Source: Phoronis australis
Lineage: Eukaryota; Animalia; Phoronida
Direction: 5' to 3'
Assembly: GCA_002633005.1 (NCBI GenBank)
Contig: NMRA01000152.1
Span: 756,812-820,811, forward strand
Length of the DNA stretch: 64,000 nt
The translations under genes and the position numbers were made by a program. The notes under the pieces were generated by a model. That model was not told where the DNA came from. It saw nothing but the letters and a program-made list of their open reading frames with translations, and did not search any database. This document shows positions 11,501 to 25,500 of this stretch, in pieces; position 1 is the first letter of the stretch, and each line of letters begins with the position of its first letter.

Positions 11501-14500
11501 CATTATATGAAGAGCGCGTCTTTGGATGTAAACGCTATACGTTAAATCGTGGTAGGGCACAGACGAAACCGCGTACGTCAACACACGCTTCACGGCTGAA
11601 AAGCTTTTCAGTTCCCATTCGACATTTTCTGTAAGATAAATATCCACTTTTTATTTTAACCACTGCATTTGAAACTGGCTATAACAGTTCTGAGAACAAA
11701 CACCGTAGCAATGGACTCTTGTTATGTAAAATTTTAAGTGTGTATAAGCCTTTCAATTGGTGTTCTCGTGCATTTTGTGATTGAGCCTCTGAAATCGAGT
11801 GTCAGCTAATTCTCAGTAGTCCCATGGTGGGGTTTCTAGAAACCCATTTCCCACTACTTGTAAGCGATTTACTACCTACTATACTAACCACAAGCACAGT
11901 GAATTTTGTTGAGAAACGTGGCTTTACTTCGGTAGCAAATTCACTTCATTTGGACGGAATGGAATTAAATCACGTGTCCCTCACAAGGCTGAGCTCCGTA
12001 CGCGCAAGAATCTCGCGAAGAAAGCTAATGTGACCACGTGCTTCGCTTGTAATATATGGCGATATCTCGCAAGCTCTTGCGTAATCTTGTGTCTTCGCGA
12101 GGTTGGCTCAGCCTACAGATCACACGCCTGATTTTCGCGCCCGTCTGAGAATAACGACAATAGCGACACTTCTCGCAATCATTCGTCAGTGCACTGACTA
12201 CTCAGCTTTGCCAGGTGTCGCGTAAAATATCGTACCCGTTACATGTACCCTGTCGACCTTGCGCATGCGCAGATTTGACATCACAGAAATGCAGAAAATA
12301 ACGTATCAGGTTATGTAGGCCTAGTCTTTAAGAACTGGACAAGAGCATTATACTACTTTCTTGAGAGACATTTATCATGATTTAATAACTTTCATAAAAC
12401 CTATAATGAGGATCATTTGCATGTGCGAGGAAAATTATTGCACACACTACACTATTGACAGATATCCCGTGAAATAAGATTACCCGAGAAAGTTCCCTGT
12501 TCCCTTGACGTACCTTATCATGGAACATAGTATAGTTAGTAAACGAGTTCTGATCATTCAAGATAAATTTGTAGTGCTTTGTCATCACTGATAATTTCAC
12601 AGTGGAACTAGTGACAAGTGGTCGTTATTTCTAACATATTTAGTAGGGCGGCTATTTGAATAATGGCTATGAATGATATTGGGCAATAGACATACTGACT
12701 GGCTTGACACTCGAACAAACCGAAAACCTCAAACATGCAAAGGGTGATCAGCAGCTTTGTTTAATGTTACAGTTTATTTCAAAGGAAACCTTGTGTCGGG
12801 CGACGCCGCAGGTAGGCAACACGTAGCCCCTCGGTTGGCCGGTTAGGGGGCTACATTACTTCCCATCGCTTTCTGTACGAATTTCGTCCCGTGTATTTTA
12901 AAAGGGTGGTAGGCCAAATCCGGCCACCGATTAGGAGTTTTCACCTCGTCAAAAATACATTCCACACTTAAAACTATCTTTCTTTAGTGGTCCTTTCTAC
13001 TTTTACACATATCTTTGATGAAGTTTAGTTACGAGAATTAAGGTGACTTTGGCGAAGAATTCCTACTCCACTTTTTGGTCACTGTTAACTTTTTCACCAC
13101 GCGCGCGATAACCACAACGTAGTTCAGCTGAGTCACGTGAGTTAGGCAAAGGCTAGTGAGAGACTGAGAGAAGCGCGTGACGCTGGTGCGTGACACTTGC
13201 CAATGTAGCATGGGAAGGTATCAGGTGAAATTCGTAAGATTTGTGTCTCTTGGACTTTTTATTCGTCGACATGCGTGATTTCGCGTAACTTCCTCAAAAT
13301 GGCACCCTGTAAGAGAAACTCGAACAAACCGCGACAAATTTTCATCAATTTGTTCAAAGTACCTTGACTGAACCGTCTCCAGACTTATGGTATGTGGTAA
13401 TTATAACTCCATGTGCATATATGCATATTTCATTTGATTTTATTTCCTGTATTTTGAAATTCGTAACTTTTTGTGGGGATGTTCAGTCGCCCCTGTATGC
13501 CTGCGGCATCCAGGGCGATATAATTTTCTACGCCGCAGGGTACTTGAGGTACACTATTTTCCTGGTACAGTCTTTCACGCCTAAGACGTGAAATACTTTA
13601 CCCAAAAAACATGCATGCGCAACGGGGTACTTCAGGTACACTTTTTAACGGGTACAGTACTTCACGCGACACTAGCAATACTTACTTCGGTTATTAAATG
13701 ATAATCTTCTTGGCTATTTTACAACTGTATTAACTGCGGTATTAAGACGTGCGAAAAGGGCGTATGAGTACGGGGTGCTGCATATTCAACTTGAATCCTG
13801 ACCCATGTCGTACTTGGGCACCTGAGACAATGGCTACCGGAGACAATTAATACCAAAGAAATGACGAAAAATCCTCCACGCTCTGTCGCTACTTATTTCG
13901 TTTTCCCACCAGTGACGATACAATAATACTACAAAGCCAGTCATGGACCGCCCACACTGTATGTTCTGAGTGACGGAGATCAAGCCGCGATCAACACTCG
14001 TTGGCCGCCACGACACTGTAATGGTTGTTATGTACTGTACATTTTACTTCTGGCAAGTACGTCGTCTGTTAGACTAATTCTATTGTTTCGTCTGGTGTTA
14101 TTTTGTACCCAGAGAAATAAAATTACATTACCGAAATTAATATAATAATAATTATGATATTTAGATACAGTTTTATGAAGCACTTTCAGTAACTATACCT
14201 TTGTAATAGCTCAAATCACCTCGTGGACGTTTTAGGTTGAGATTTATTTCGTTTCCGTTAAAAGCCCACGAACCAAACGTCATGTTACAAACCTAAAACA
14301 ACAAACAGTTTTTACAGCATGACCAAACTGCCCCCTCTGCCTCGGGGTGCATACACTTTCTAAGACCATAGAGCTTTATATGGCAATGATTTTTTGTTAC
14401 AAGCGGGTACTTCCAAAACCGGGCTTCCGTCAAAGAAACTAAATTTTGATTTAAATAACTTATCGTTACACAATTGGTTTCAAATTGCTTCTTCAAATCA

Positions 14501-15962
14501 GATGAAGAGTGATTTATGAATTTTCAATAGAATGACAATTAATTCGTTGAGGCCATGCTCGCCGAATGAAAGGACGTCACCCCGTTCCAAATGGAACAGA
14601 CTGGTCTGAAGCGAGAACGACCTGTCAGTTCACCGCAGCGAAGCCTTGAAACCGTATTTAATTTGACCAAGGGACAATTTGATACCAATTTTGTAACCGT
14701 AAGTGGAAATCAAAAATTAGTTTTTGTGTTGGAAGGAGGGTTTATTCTCACTTTAAGCGGAGGCCCGACGAATGTACGTGAAAACATCTTATTTTCAAGA
14801 ATGATCATTCAATTACAATTCCCAAATGAGAAAATTTTTCTCTAAAATCGAACTTTCATGCAGTGCGAGATGTGATGTAGTTTCAAAATTTTTCGCAATA
14901 ACCTTAAACAAGAGGTCAAAGTCGTCAAATTCGACTCTGAATTACACTGGCGATTTCAAGTCAAAATTTGTCGTTGCCACGTGACCTTGAATATGACATC
15001 AAGGTCACTAATTCCATTTACCCGGCCCTTGACTAACCCACCCACACTTGGATGAAATTAAGAACGGAGCCTAAAACTCGACCCCTCACTTTTTGAGATA
15101 TGGTGTCAACAACAATTTCACAACATATACTCGATTTTCTTTTGATCTTAAAAACGATGTCAAGGTCATCAAAGTCGACTGCTGACTGCAGTTGTCCATT
15201 CCTTGGTACAAAATATGAACATAAACAAAACCTTCCTTATTCAGGAACATGTATCACGTCAACAACATTGTGTGACGCAGGGGCGCACGCACTAACAGAC
15301 TCATGGTGGGCCGTGAATACTAGTGCCCCCTGCTTTGCGCTCTACACTGAGGGGACAATAACAAGCCAATATTTAGGTTTAAAGAATTTGGTAGCAAATT
15401 TTCACTAGAAGACATGGCTGAAGACAGCTCTGGTTCTGCCGATTCTTTCTTCCCAGAGTCCTAGAGAACATATGCACATGTGCTCGCGGTATTTAACAAT
15501 TACATTATCCCTCGGAGCATCCGGAACACTTCTGGTATTGTCCTCGGACCTGAACGTTACTTGCGCATGTGCTGACTTCAGTCTCATAGCAAGTCATGTG
15601 ACTTTCAAACTGGAGAATGATTTGCCGATCGCAAATACGCTGAAAACGTTAATTTAGTCTTGAGGGGAAATACTGTGGTTTCGAAAACATCAATATAATA
15701 TAAAATAAGATATTTATTTGCTGTTCCTTTTTGAATAGGTTTTATTAGATACGATAGTAGTAGCGCAGCTGTATACTGTAATAGAAAACAAAGCGATCTT
15801 CTCGAGTGACATTGTGAGTAGGAGGCGAAGCAAACCTCCTTTATTATCTGGATTATGTTTCAATTTACTCCATTGAAGGTTGCTTGCTTCTGTTTTACGT
15901 TATCGCTTACATAAGTGTGTGTGTGCGTGCGCGCGCGCGCGTGTGTGTGCGCGCCTGCGCGC

Positions 15963-16060
<98 letters not shown>

Positions 16061-19000
16061 TCGTTATTTAGAAGTAATGAACACGATAAACTGTACTGAA
16101 CACTGCGTCGGATCGAACGAGTTTGGTTATTCTTGACCAATTTCCCTCCCGTAGCCTACATCGATGTGTATGATCAAAGGTCAAGAATACTGAAATGTAA
16201 ATTATGTGTACATGTGCATGCGTTTTATTCATTATCACAGTGAGTTTGATTAATTGTTACACCGTCTATATAAATATGTAAATCTTGATGTGGCCAACAG
16301 GTGACGTGAAGACCAGACTTAATGTTTGTGTGCGAACATAATACTTAACTATATACATGTACTTGTTGTTCTCATGACATATCGTTCCTCGAAGATCATT
16401 CAACCCATACACCTTTCAAACCTAGTATGGTCACACAGAGAAACGTAGGGGAGACAGAGCTATACTTCGGCATTATTTTCGAAAAATGAAAATTCCTTAC
16501 AAAAATGCTCATCTTCTATCTTGAAACGACATAAAAACTTACTCAAATTTTCAGTCTCTTTGAGAATGCGTATACCTGGAAATGGAGCAAGTCAGGGTAA
16601 CTTTAGCCCGTGGTTATCCGTTCTCAATGAAATAACTAATCTAGCCAAAATCACGTGTCCTCGTTTAAAATGTACGGCTGAATATCTCACGTAATCTCGC
16701 GAAGTCTTGCTTTTTACCGAGGTCTTATCGTCAGGTCCTGGTGTTCCTGAATTCTACCCCGGTCTCTCGCATTGTATGCTCAAAAATAAGAGCAAGTCGT
16801 TTTTACTGACACGACAGCATTTTTCTGAACTACTTTAACTGTGTTTAATTTTCGGCAACATTCTCAGTCAAGAGAATAGTGAGTCTCAGACAATATCACA
16901 AAAAAACTAATGCATATGGTTCTTGCAACGCAGCCAATACTGACAGAAACCTGGCACTATATAGTACGTAGGCAAAATATGAAACAAGCACACATGGTAC
17001 GCCATCTTACGCGTTCATAGAACAAAAAAGCTGTCTTTCTATTTACCTGATGGTCAAACGGAAAATATGTTACGTCAACTAGACAAGTGCTGTAAGTCTT
17101 CCTTGGAAAGTTCCACTGTATCTGGCCATTAGCAAAAAGACTGACAAACGCTGCACTGGTGACGTCAAACGTGTCTCCGCTGGCACTTAAAAGAGCAAAA
17201 CGAGTTTGTTTTTTGGTTTGCTACACAACAGGCAGTGGAGACACAGGTCCAAATTTGTATTTCTACAATGAGATGTCTGTTATCTGTCTGACCATGCCTA
17301 CAGATACTAGATCAGCATCCATCGCGACAGTGTAAGTCATGGCTTTGGCATACCTGCGCATCAATTTTCAGGTTTTGGGACGAAGTGAATTTCTAGCTTT
17401 CACATTTGCCAGCCAATAAAATCATAAATAAGGACTAGGATTTAAACTAATACCAAGACTTTTTGAGATATGAGAAATGACAATAGTGAATCAAATTCTC
17501 ATATTGCTGGAGAGTTTTGTTGGACAATTACACGGAATTATGTGTACTTCATTCGAAAGTTTTCAAACGAACTTGGCAACAAGCAACACAGCAACAAAAC
17601 ATTACAAACTCAAGGAGGGCACAATACTGGCATACACTGTACCTGTTGTATAGGTAAAAGTCAGGCACCCATATCTGAGACGAATAAATGGAGGTTTTGG
17701 ATATACCCTTGTGTTCAGATGCGTTCCAAGTTAACTTGAAGTCATGCCAAGCCTATAAAAATAAACGTATAGATTTGTGACGATGCAGATAGAAAAAACA
17801 AAGCCAACTTTCAGGCAGCATGCCGGTTTCCCAAGAAACCACACGTTAGACTGTCAGGGCAAGATATTTTTATAAATGTGCACATGTCAGTCTGAAGATT
17901 ACTCATAGTTTTACGGAATTCAAGAATATCAAATTGTTAACAATCGTAAACAAAGATTTTGTGATTTTTGGCATACTAGTTTAACTCTAAAACAGTAACA
18001 GATGAATCGGGATTCACGTTCAACACGCTTATTACATGTTACAGTAATTCTAAAGTTTTAATTGTGGGGGGGTTCTTAAATTAAGTAGTCAGTTCTGTTG
18101 CAGTTGCGTCGTAAGGCACCTGTGCACATGCTTTCAGAGGAAATCTCCTAAACATTTTGTTTATAGCCGGTTAAGTCCAATTAACCAACCACTATCAATA
18201 CAGAGAAGGCCGGTGTAAAAAGCAGGCGGTGTGGTTCTGAGGTTTATTCTAGTAGGTGATTGAACGGAAGGTAACGAGAAAGAGAGTGGAAGAAGAGGCG
18301 AGGAAAATGAAGGTCAAAGAAAGAGAATGTGTTGTTCGAATAGTAGAAGGGGGTGGAGAGTAAAAGGAATGGTTAAAAGGATAAGACCAGCGCATGCGCA
18401 GAAATGAACGGGAGAAATGGAATTGAGTGTAACTAAAAGAAGCTCGGAAACGGAAATTGGATGGATAGAGGAAGAAACGGAGACAAGGCGTGCGTTCAGT
18501 AGACGCTAGCACCTACGCTAGGAGCTAGCTAAAACTTAGTCAAAGTCACGTGTTCTAATTTAAAATACACGGCAATATCTCACGTAATCTCGCGAAGTCT
18601 TGCTTTTTAGCGAGGTCCTAGCGTTACTGAATGGGAGGAAGGCCTTTGTAAGAGTTCTCGCGGTAAAGTGCAATAAAACACTGTGCGATTAAGGCAGAAT
18701 GATGCGTTTTAATGAAGCCTGTGAGAGGAAGACAGAATATAAATGGGACAATATTCAATCCGTCTACAGGATGATGCGCAAGTATCAGCGGGTGGAAAAA
18801 TGTTTCGAGACACTCCTCCTGATTCCTTGCAAAATATAGAGACCCCCATTTTTTGAGAAAAAAACAAAACGATAGTATGGTAAAGTCTGGTTCATATAGT
18901 GCACCGAGATTTGAACTCGAGGTAAGCTGACGACGATTTGGTACCAAGTATTCAAGGTTTCTCACTGTATCTGTTATCAATAAAAACATATGATGATCGT

Positions 19001-20712
19001 GTAGTTTATAAGCAAACTTATCCTAACTAATTGTGATAATATTGAATTTGTTTAACAAACATTTATTTTACGACTGAGTTCCTACGAGTGCCCGAATATA
19101 AAAGAACAACTTAGCGTATTGCAATGATAAGCATATGTTTTCTTGCACCCGGGATCGACTTCGCTCGGGTGTGAGAGCGAGTTATATACAGTTTCTACCA
19201 CCGGTCTCAGTCATGACCGGCTGTAATATACTATTTTGCGAACCAATCGGAAACTGTCGGTTATTGAGAGAACAATATCTTTGGGAGAAATTTTTAATTC
19301 TGTCATCACTTCGAAATAGTGAAGGCGCAAGTGTTCTGTTGAAAGATGCAAACATGATTTCACAAGCATCCGTGCTTTCCCACGACTGCATCGAAGTCTC
19401 AAAAATATTCTTAACATTGACCTAACACTGATGTACACCTTGCTTTTGGTATATCTTCTGTATTGAATTACTTACCGTTGTATGTTTGGTCTCAACTTGT
19501 TACTTACTCAGGTAAGGATTGTTTTCTAGAGTTGGGAAGAATTTACTATTCACTAGCGATTGAAACCACGGACGGGACCGGGGGTACTGGATAGATCATA
19601 AATATAAAAACACTCTGTTAACTTTAGGAATTGGAAAAATCGATCCTTTTGTAGACTTTCGGACTCCCGAAATGAACCCTTTACCAGGGACTAAGTAAAG
19701 AAAGAGGGATTTTTTCGGATAAAGCAACTATTCATAAAAAGGCTGAATGTAAAATGACCCCCATCTCAGTGAGCGACAAGTTCCTTATGTCTGTTCTCTC
19801 CCGTCGAGTTGATGGCCTTGGCATTTTATGTTCCGAAGAACGTGATGTATTTATCATTTTTCCTACTTACCAGTCGAAACCAAACAATGCTCGTAAGAAT
19901 CTGATTTTTTTCGTCCTGCAAATACAAAAACCCGCGTGATATAATTGAGATTAGACGAATTTCAGTATGTTACGCTCGGCTTTTCAACATGAAATTTGAA
20001 TGATACTTTTGAGAATAATTAAAGTTGTCATCAAGGCTATAGATAGTAACATGACGACACGTGGCTCCATTTATTGCTTTGCAGTATATTTAGCTGAAAC
20101 CGTTACTTCACGTGTACTCCGGACAAACAGTTTTAATCAATCTACATTTTTTGTCTTTAAAGACAAAAATGTAGAGATGTTAAATAACATCTCTAAACTA
20201 AAAGTTCTCGCCAATCCCATTGAGATATGGACTCATAGTTGCGACTGATTAAGTGCCACCTGGTATTCGAATGTTTAGTATGACGTCATTATGACGTTTT
20301 GGACCCAGTGTTACGGCAAGTCTATTCTTATTTCCGAGTCCAAATTGCGTCATCTACTGCCATGACACGTCATTACTAAACATCCGAATACAGACAAAGT
20401 ACGTGTAAAGACAGTACACGTGCAAAGTGCACGTGCAAGTTGTCCCCAAGAACGCTCATAACAACGTAGCTCAGTTCATGCATTATTTGAGAACTATGAC
20501 TATTTAGTGCGTAGAAGCCTACTTCACCGTTTTTATTGATATACATAAGTTGAGAAATCAACTTACCAAATCTAGAATATGATTCAACGCTATGTCCACA
20601 GTGAGGTTCAGTGGCTCGTCGAGTTCTTGAACAGGTCGAATTTTCTTGTTATAGTCACTTAATAGAGAATTTATCAATTTTTCATTGGCATCTTCGTTGA
20701 CCATGACTACAT
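8519..20712 (-). CDS. Nicotinic acetylcholine receptor-like Cys-loop channel subunit (non-alpha, cation-type), multi-exon; signal-peptide exon and one internal exon not located
   Basis: GT-AG exons: 20567-20712 (LINSLLSDYNKKIRPVQ..DIALNHILDL), 19871-19915 (45 bp, DEKNQILTSIVWFRL), 17643-17752 (110 bp, WHDFKLTWN..IWVPDFYLYN), 17047-17185 (..STCLVDVTYFPFDHQ), 11492-11628 (ENVEWEL..PYHDLTY..IQRR), 10937-11105 (TM1-TM2, LPPEAGEKISL..ESLPPTS), 10281-10507 (TM3, PVPRWVR) and 8519-8911 (DWRDVAMVIDR plus TM4, stop). The 45-bp and 110-bp exons match the classic nAChR gene structure. Confidence 0.9.
9315..9595. mobile_element. Imperfect inverted-repeat element (MITE-like)
   Basis: TTAGG..TTTTACTCTC..TTTCCGTTACCAAC at the left is mirrored by GTTGGTAACGGAAA..GAGAGTAAAA..CCTAA at the right. 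Confidence 0.5.
9687..10198. mobile_element. MITE with 18-bp terminal inverted repeats and a 9-10 bp target-site duplication (Mutator-like)
   Basis: TIRs CTCGCTGGTTCCCTGCGT and ACGCAGGGAACCAGCGAG. Direct repeat TATACACATT at 9677-9686 and 10199-10208. Confidence 0.8.
14430..14730. repeat. Imperfect inverted repeat (MITE-like)
   Basis: AAACTAAATTTTGATTT..GTTACACAATTGGTTTCAAATTG mirrored by CAATTTGATACCAATTTTGTAAC..AAATCAAAAATTAGTTT. Confidence 0.45.
15915..16058. repeat. (GT)n/(GC)n microsatellite
   Basis: Long perfect GT run preceded by GCGC and GT mixtures. Confidence 0.95.
16640..16730 (+). repeat. Dispersed short repeat family (other copies ~12020-12110, ~18535-18625, reverse ~23940-24030)
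   Basis: Core AATATCTCACGTAATCTCGCGAAGTCTTGCTTTTTA.CGAGGTC is near-identical at 16681 and ~18574; reverse complement and diverged copies elsewhere. Confidence 0.75.
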
Positions 20713-21745
20713 CTGAAAAGGAAACGAAAAGTCAACATGTCTACTAATCGGTGTAATGAAAATTTGAGAAAAATGCTACTCACGCAAATTCATGACTTTG
20801 CTTTAATCAGTCATTCATGGAATTTCTACTAATCCATTTTCAAAATGTTACAGACAGCACTTTTGATGCTAACTTCGCCTATTCGTATTTACGTCCTTTT
20901 CAAAAGAGTTCAAAGTCAGTGCAGTTTTTACCTTTAACTATGTGCAGAAAGAACAGAAGCTTCACTCCAATAATGGAGGCAATCATTATAGGCCCGAACG
21001 TGTGGGACCCTGCCGCTCTTCTTCGTCAGTCTATCGTTGATGCAACGGGCCTTTACCTGTAGTGACTGTGCCGAACACGGGATGTTATTTTACTGGACAA
21101 AGATGTTATCCATTGGCAACCAAATCAAGCAACAAAAGAATTGCGATCCCGGCTCGACAATGGCTGGCAAGAGTCTCTTGTCACTGGTTAAAAGCATTCC
21201 ACTGCGTTGAAAAACAAAGTGTTTATAATTCACAAATTTCTCCTGTATACACACATGCTCAATTAGTCGTAAGATTATGTAAGCACCTTATCATGTGATA
21301 ATCAATATTTTGTCAAGCTTTTAATTCCTCTATATTGCATGATTCGAAGTTTTCAAAGATAAACACCGTAGTACTGTATAACGTATTTTCATGCAATGGT
21401 GTGTTTATGCAATTACAAAAATACGCTTGAAAACTGCGTGCTACATACAAGATAGTGCATCAATAAGGTGGTAGATCGATGGTAGCACAACATATCTGTG
21501 GCTAGCTCACAGTGACAAACTTGGAATTTGTCTTCAGGAAATTATTCGAAACTGGGCCACATACACTGCGAAATAAGTTTCGTCTTGCTATTAGACGGGT
21601 GAAGCGCATTCAAACTTTATTTGGGATCATCCAACCTCTGGTCATATACCTGACATGTGGTGTCTGTGACTTTTAAGAATAAAGTCCGAAAAATATTTCC
21701 AACCCAATTATGAGAACTTACCCATATATGCTAGTTTACTTTGAT

Positions 21746-21812
<67 letters not shown>
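21746..21812. repeat. (CAG)n trinucleotide microsatellite, non-coding
   Basis: About 22 consecutive AGC/CAG units. Confidence 0.95.
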
Positions 21813-21819
<7 letters not shown>

Positions 21820-21929
21820 GGTCCGCTGACTGCGGAGCCACAAGAGAAATAAACAATACAATGTTACAGATAATCAGAATTACAAAATTAGGTGATAATG
21901 TAATTTAAAACTACTTGTAAAAAGACTTG

Positions 21930-22560
21930 GAGAGATTATCAAAAATAGTTAGATACAAAGCTGTTGGGAATAGTGCACTCAAGTTTATAACTTTCAAAAC
22001 AAACGTTCTTAAAATAATTTATAACAGAAGATAAAGAATGAGTAAAAACTTTTTGAGAAACACTTTCAGGAAGGTTATTATTGATATGAGGTAGGGCATT
22101 GCGAACTGAATCTTCAGCAAATGATTTAGTACAACGAGGAGTGTGTAAAACATGTCGTTGCATAGTGCAGTGTTCATGAACAGACCCACGGGTTATCAAA
22201 TTGAGCGTTTTAAAAATGAGGGTAAATAATTATGAACGTACATGTATTTGTAGAAAAAAATGATAATAGCAACAACAAACACGTCTTTAATTTTGAGTAT
22301 CTGTGTACTCCTAAATAAAGGCTCTGTTTGGGCATTAAAACAACTAGAGGAAATAATGCGAATAACCTAGTTTTCTGTAATTTGAATATTCTATGATGTT
22401 CGCACCCCTATAGCAAAATGTCATAATTAAAATGAGGATGGAGAAGGCCATTACATAAAGTTTTCAAAGTTTCAAAGGGCAAGAAATATTTAATGTTATT
22501 AAGAACACCACAGAGTCTGCTCAATGTTGCGTTAACCACTTCTAAGCAGTGACGTGTTAA
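21930..22560 (-). mobile_element. Degraded LINE (CR1/L2-group-like) ORF2 C-terminal fragment
   Basis: Minus-strand LSRLCGVLNNIKYFLPFETLKTLC..LHPHFNY, IFKLQK..IRIISSSCFNAQTEPLF..ILKIKDV and TKSFAEDSVRNALP..NNLP, typical of the post-RT region. Confidence 0.75.
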
Positions 22561-25500
22561 TAATTACGTAACCAAACTGTATTTATTAATTGTGAGCTGT
22601 GAGCGGAAGATCAAACTTGGTTTTGTCTTCACTCTTAATTAATCACTCCTTCTGAAGCAGACCCTTGGTTCTCCATTCATCAATCAAGGATGAGGTCAAC
22701 TGGTGTACTGAAAGAACCTTACTGACATCCAAGATGTCGGTGCATTTAGCGAAATCGATTTTAACTGTGTAAAAGTATATGATTTCTGAAAGTATGAAGC
22801 TTGTAAAATTTTATTTTGAACTTTTTACCAATCTGATATTTATTGAGTCACATGACCATGTCTTATTAGTAAAATATAACAAGAAAGACAGGTACATGCA
22901 TAGCAAAACAAGGACATTAATAACATGAATAAATTATAATTGAAGTAAGTGTTACACTTTTCTTAAATACCATCTCGTCTTTGTTTTAACTGACTTAAAG
23001 ATTTTCCATGAAAATCATGAAAGTCCTACTTTTGATAGCCTCTCATGCAAAAATGGACCATTTTTTAAAAAATCAATTCCTAACAGCGTCATTTTTAGAA
23101 CAATGCCTTGATTTGAATGTTTCATATGAATGTAATCCGCCATTTCTGAGATACGATATTCCCAAGTCAGGCAGATTTGACGTAAACATGCTTGTTCAAC
23201 CTTAATTGGCGTAACCGGAGTCTTAGTGACATCTGAGATATACGCGGGTTGTGATCATTATGACCCCTGCTGACAATGCTAACATGAGATGAACACTACG
23301 TGCATTTCTATTTTCGTATTTCATGAAGGTTATCTAACAGGTTATATTGAGCAACTGAAATCATTGAGCAGCAACTGAATAAATATTTACCGAAAATGCA
23401 GAAAGTGAGAGAAATTATAGACAATTTGAAATGTTGAAATACTCTTAGTATCGATGGTAAAAATCTGACCAATTCGTCTGTTTTCGAGTAGTTCAGCAGA
23501 CTTTAATGCTAACAGTGGCTGTATGCGAGACAAGGCTCAGTACATCCTGAGCAAGTCGTTCTTTAAAGTGTGCGAGGTTACTGATGTGTTACAATACCAT
23601 GAAAACTGAAATACAGTTTGCCGTCACCAGATGGCGAGACCGTCTGATCCTCACCTGCTCTGCTACTTGAACCAACTTGTCATAGAATTTGAAATCGAGG
23701 GACACTTCGCGAACGAAGCAGAAGTTATCAAAAGCGGAAGGGGTCGCTTTAATTGGCGTTGCTTTCAACGCGCGACTTGGTGGTAGCATGCTTTGTTCGT
23801 CTAAAAATATCGGTTACATATAGCGATACGTAGTTTGATCATGATAAGCGGCACTGTATTGGGTAGAGTCATCAACACATGATTTCGGCTAGCTTTTTCT
23901 AACCGCTAGACAGTTACTGAACTGTACCCAGGTTCAATGGCTCTAAGAACCTCGCTAGAAAAGCAAGACTACGCGAGATATTGCAGTGTATTTTTCATAA
24001 TGAGAATTCGTCATTTTGGCTATTGTTTGCAGCTAGAGCTACTGAACTCTACCTTCAGTTCTCGCTAGGTTTAGCCTAGCAATGCATACGTCATTGTAGG
24101 CCTACTTACCACGTTGCTTCAACACGAAAACTCAGCATTGAAAAGTTGTGTGTCATTTCAATGCTTTGCATCTATTCAAGTGCTGTCCATGAGAACAGAA
24201 ACTTTACTCTACACTGATATTATTTTTGCCTACCACTTCCACCATGAAGAAAGCGAGGCTCCGAAAAGGGTGGCAAAACGCAAAATTGCAAGCTTATATT
24301 TTATCAATGGGATTATTTATTTACGGAAAATGGTGTCAAGAATTAAGTTTCGTCGAATTCTGAATGTATTTGTTTGTATTGATTTGATACAGGGATTGCA
24401 AACTTGTATCATATTTTACATTTTTGTGGATTTAAACTTCAGAATATGAACATCCAGCCAAAGGATATCTTCGGTCTTCGGGCGATCTCACAAAATATCT
24501 CAGATTTGACGACATGCTGTTTGGCTTCCGGCTGTCAGTGGGGCTCGGCTGGCTGACGTCTAACTGCTGTTCAGCCGGTGCCCACCTAGTGGTTGCACAC
24601 AATATTTTCGCTTGCATGAATTCTATACTTTCTTGTAGATTCCAAAATTTATTTCAGAATCTGCTTATGATCTAAAAATGAATGTGTCTTCACTTGAAAA
24701 GTATTGTGCAGTTATCATTTTGTTGTGGACGTCGATAAACCATCTTTACAGCAAGCACAATAATAAGTGGCTCATCAATCAGTAATTAATCTTCTTTTTT
24801 GTAACGAACCACCTTGACATGTTTCGAACAAACGATAACGAACGGCGTAGTCCAATCACATTTCATTCAGATGAAGATGTTGGTTATCAAATGTACCCCC
24901 AAAGACAATCTCAAGATGGGCTTCTGTTATCTGCTCGAGTTGTGGTAGAACTGCACTGGTCCAAAGTCGACAGGACAGTCACCTCTGCGTCGATCACAGA
25001 ATCAGAATATAGTGTTTTATTACTTCAAGGTAGGGAATATTTTTCTTTTCATCTTCGCATGTTATCAGTGAACTCCATAAGGAAAGAAATATTTTTAGGC
25101 TTAGCTCATTTTTCAGTTTCCTCGACACTTGGGATCCTAACTGAAATGGCTTTTCTTGTTTCCCCTTTATGATGTGGTCGAGAGTGTTGAAGTTTGTTTT
25201 GGAAGGATGTTGTTGCCCTGCATGTCTATAGGGTTTGATTTCATGTTTGATCTGATCTGGTATTTAATATCAGCTGTCATCGTCACTTTTACAGTTCTTG
25301 ACGTGTCGTGAAGGATAAGCACTGCGCAAAGTACACACTTTACAGGCTCTGTGCCAATTGACCCATACAACTTTTTGTAAAATGAACCCTGGGTTCCTGA
25401 AGTTTTGACTAGTGTGTAGGTATTATGTATAGCGCTTAGGTGTAGTCTACTCACTTATTTCGTTCAGGCACAGAGCTCTCTTCTTAAGAGTTGGTCATTT

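Noticed and set aside
13362-13446. Candidate for the missing nAChR loop-B exon (TWSYN-like string in one frame)
   Set aside because: The available splice sites give the wrong phase and frame, and the TWSYN frame stops immediately.
15880-16140. CV/HT-repeat ORFs
   Set aside because: Translations of the (GT)n microsatellite.
21746-21812. Possible polyglutamine exon
   Set aside because: No flanking ORF or splice context; simple microsatellite.
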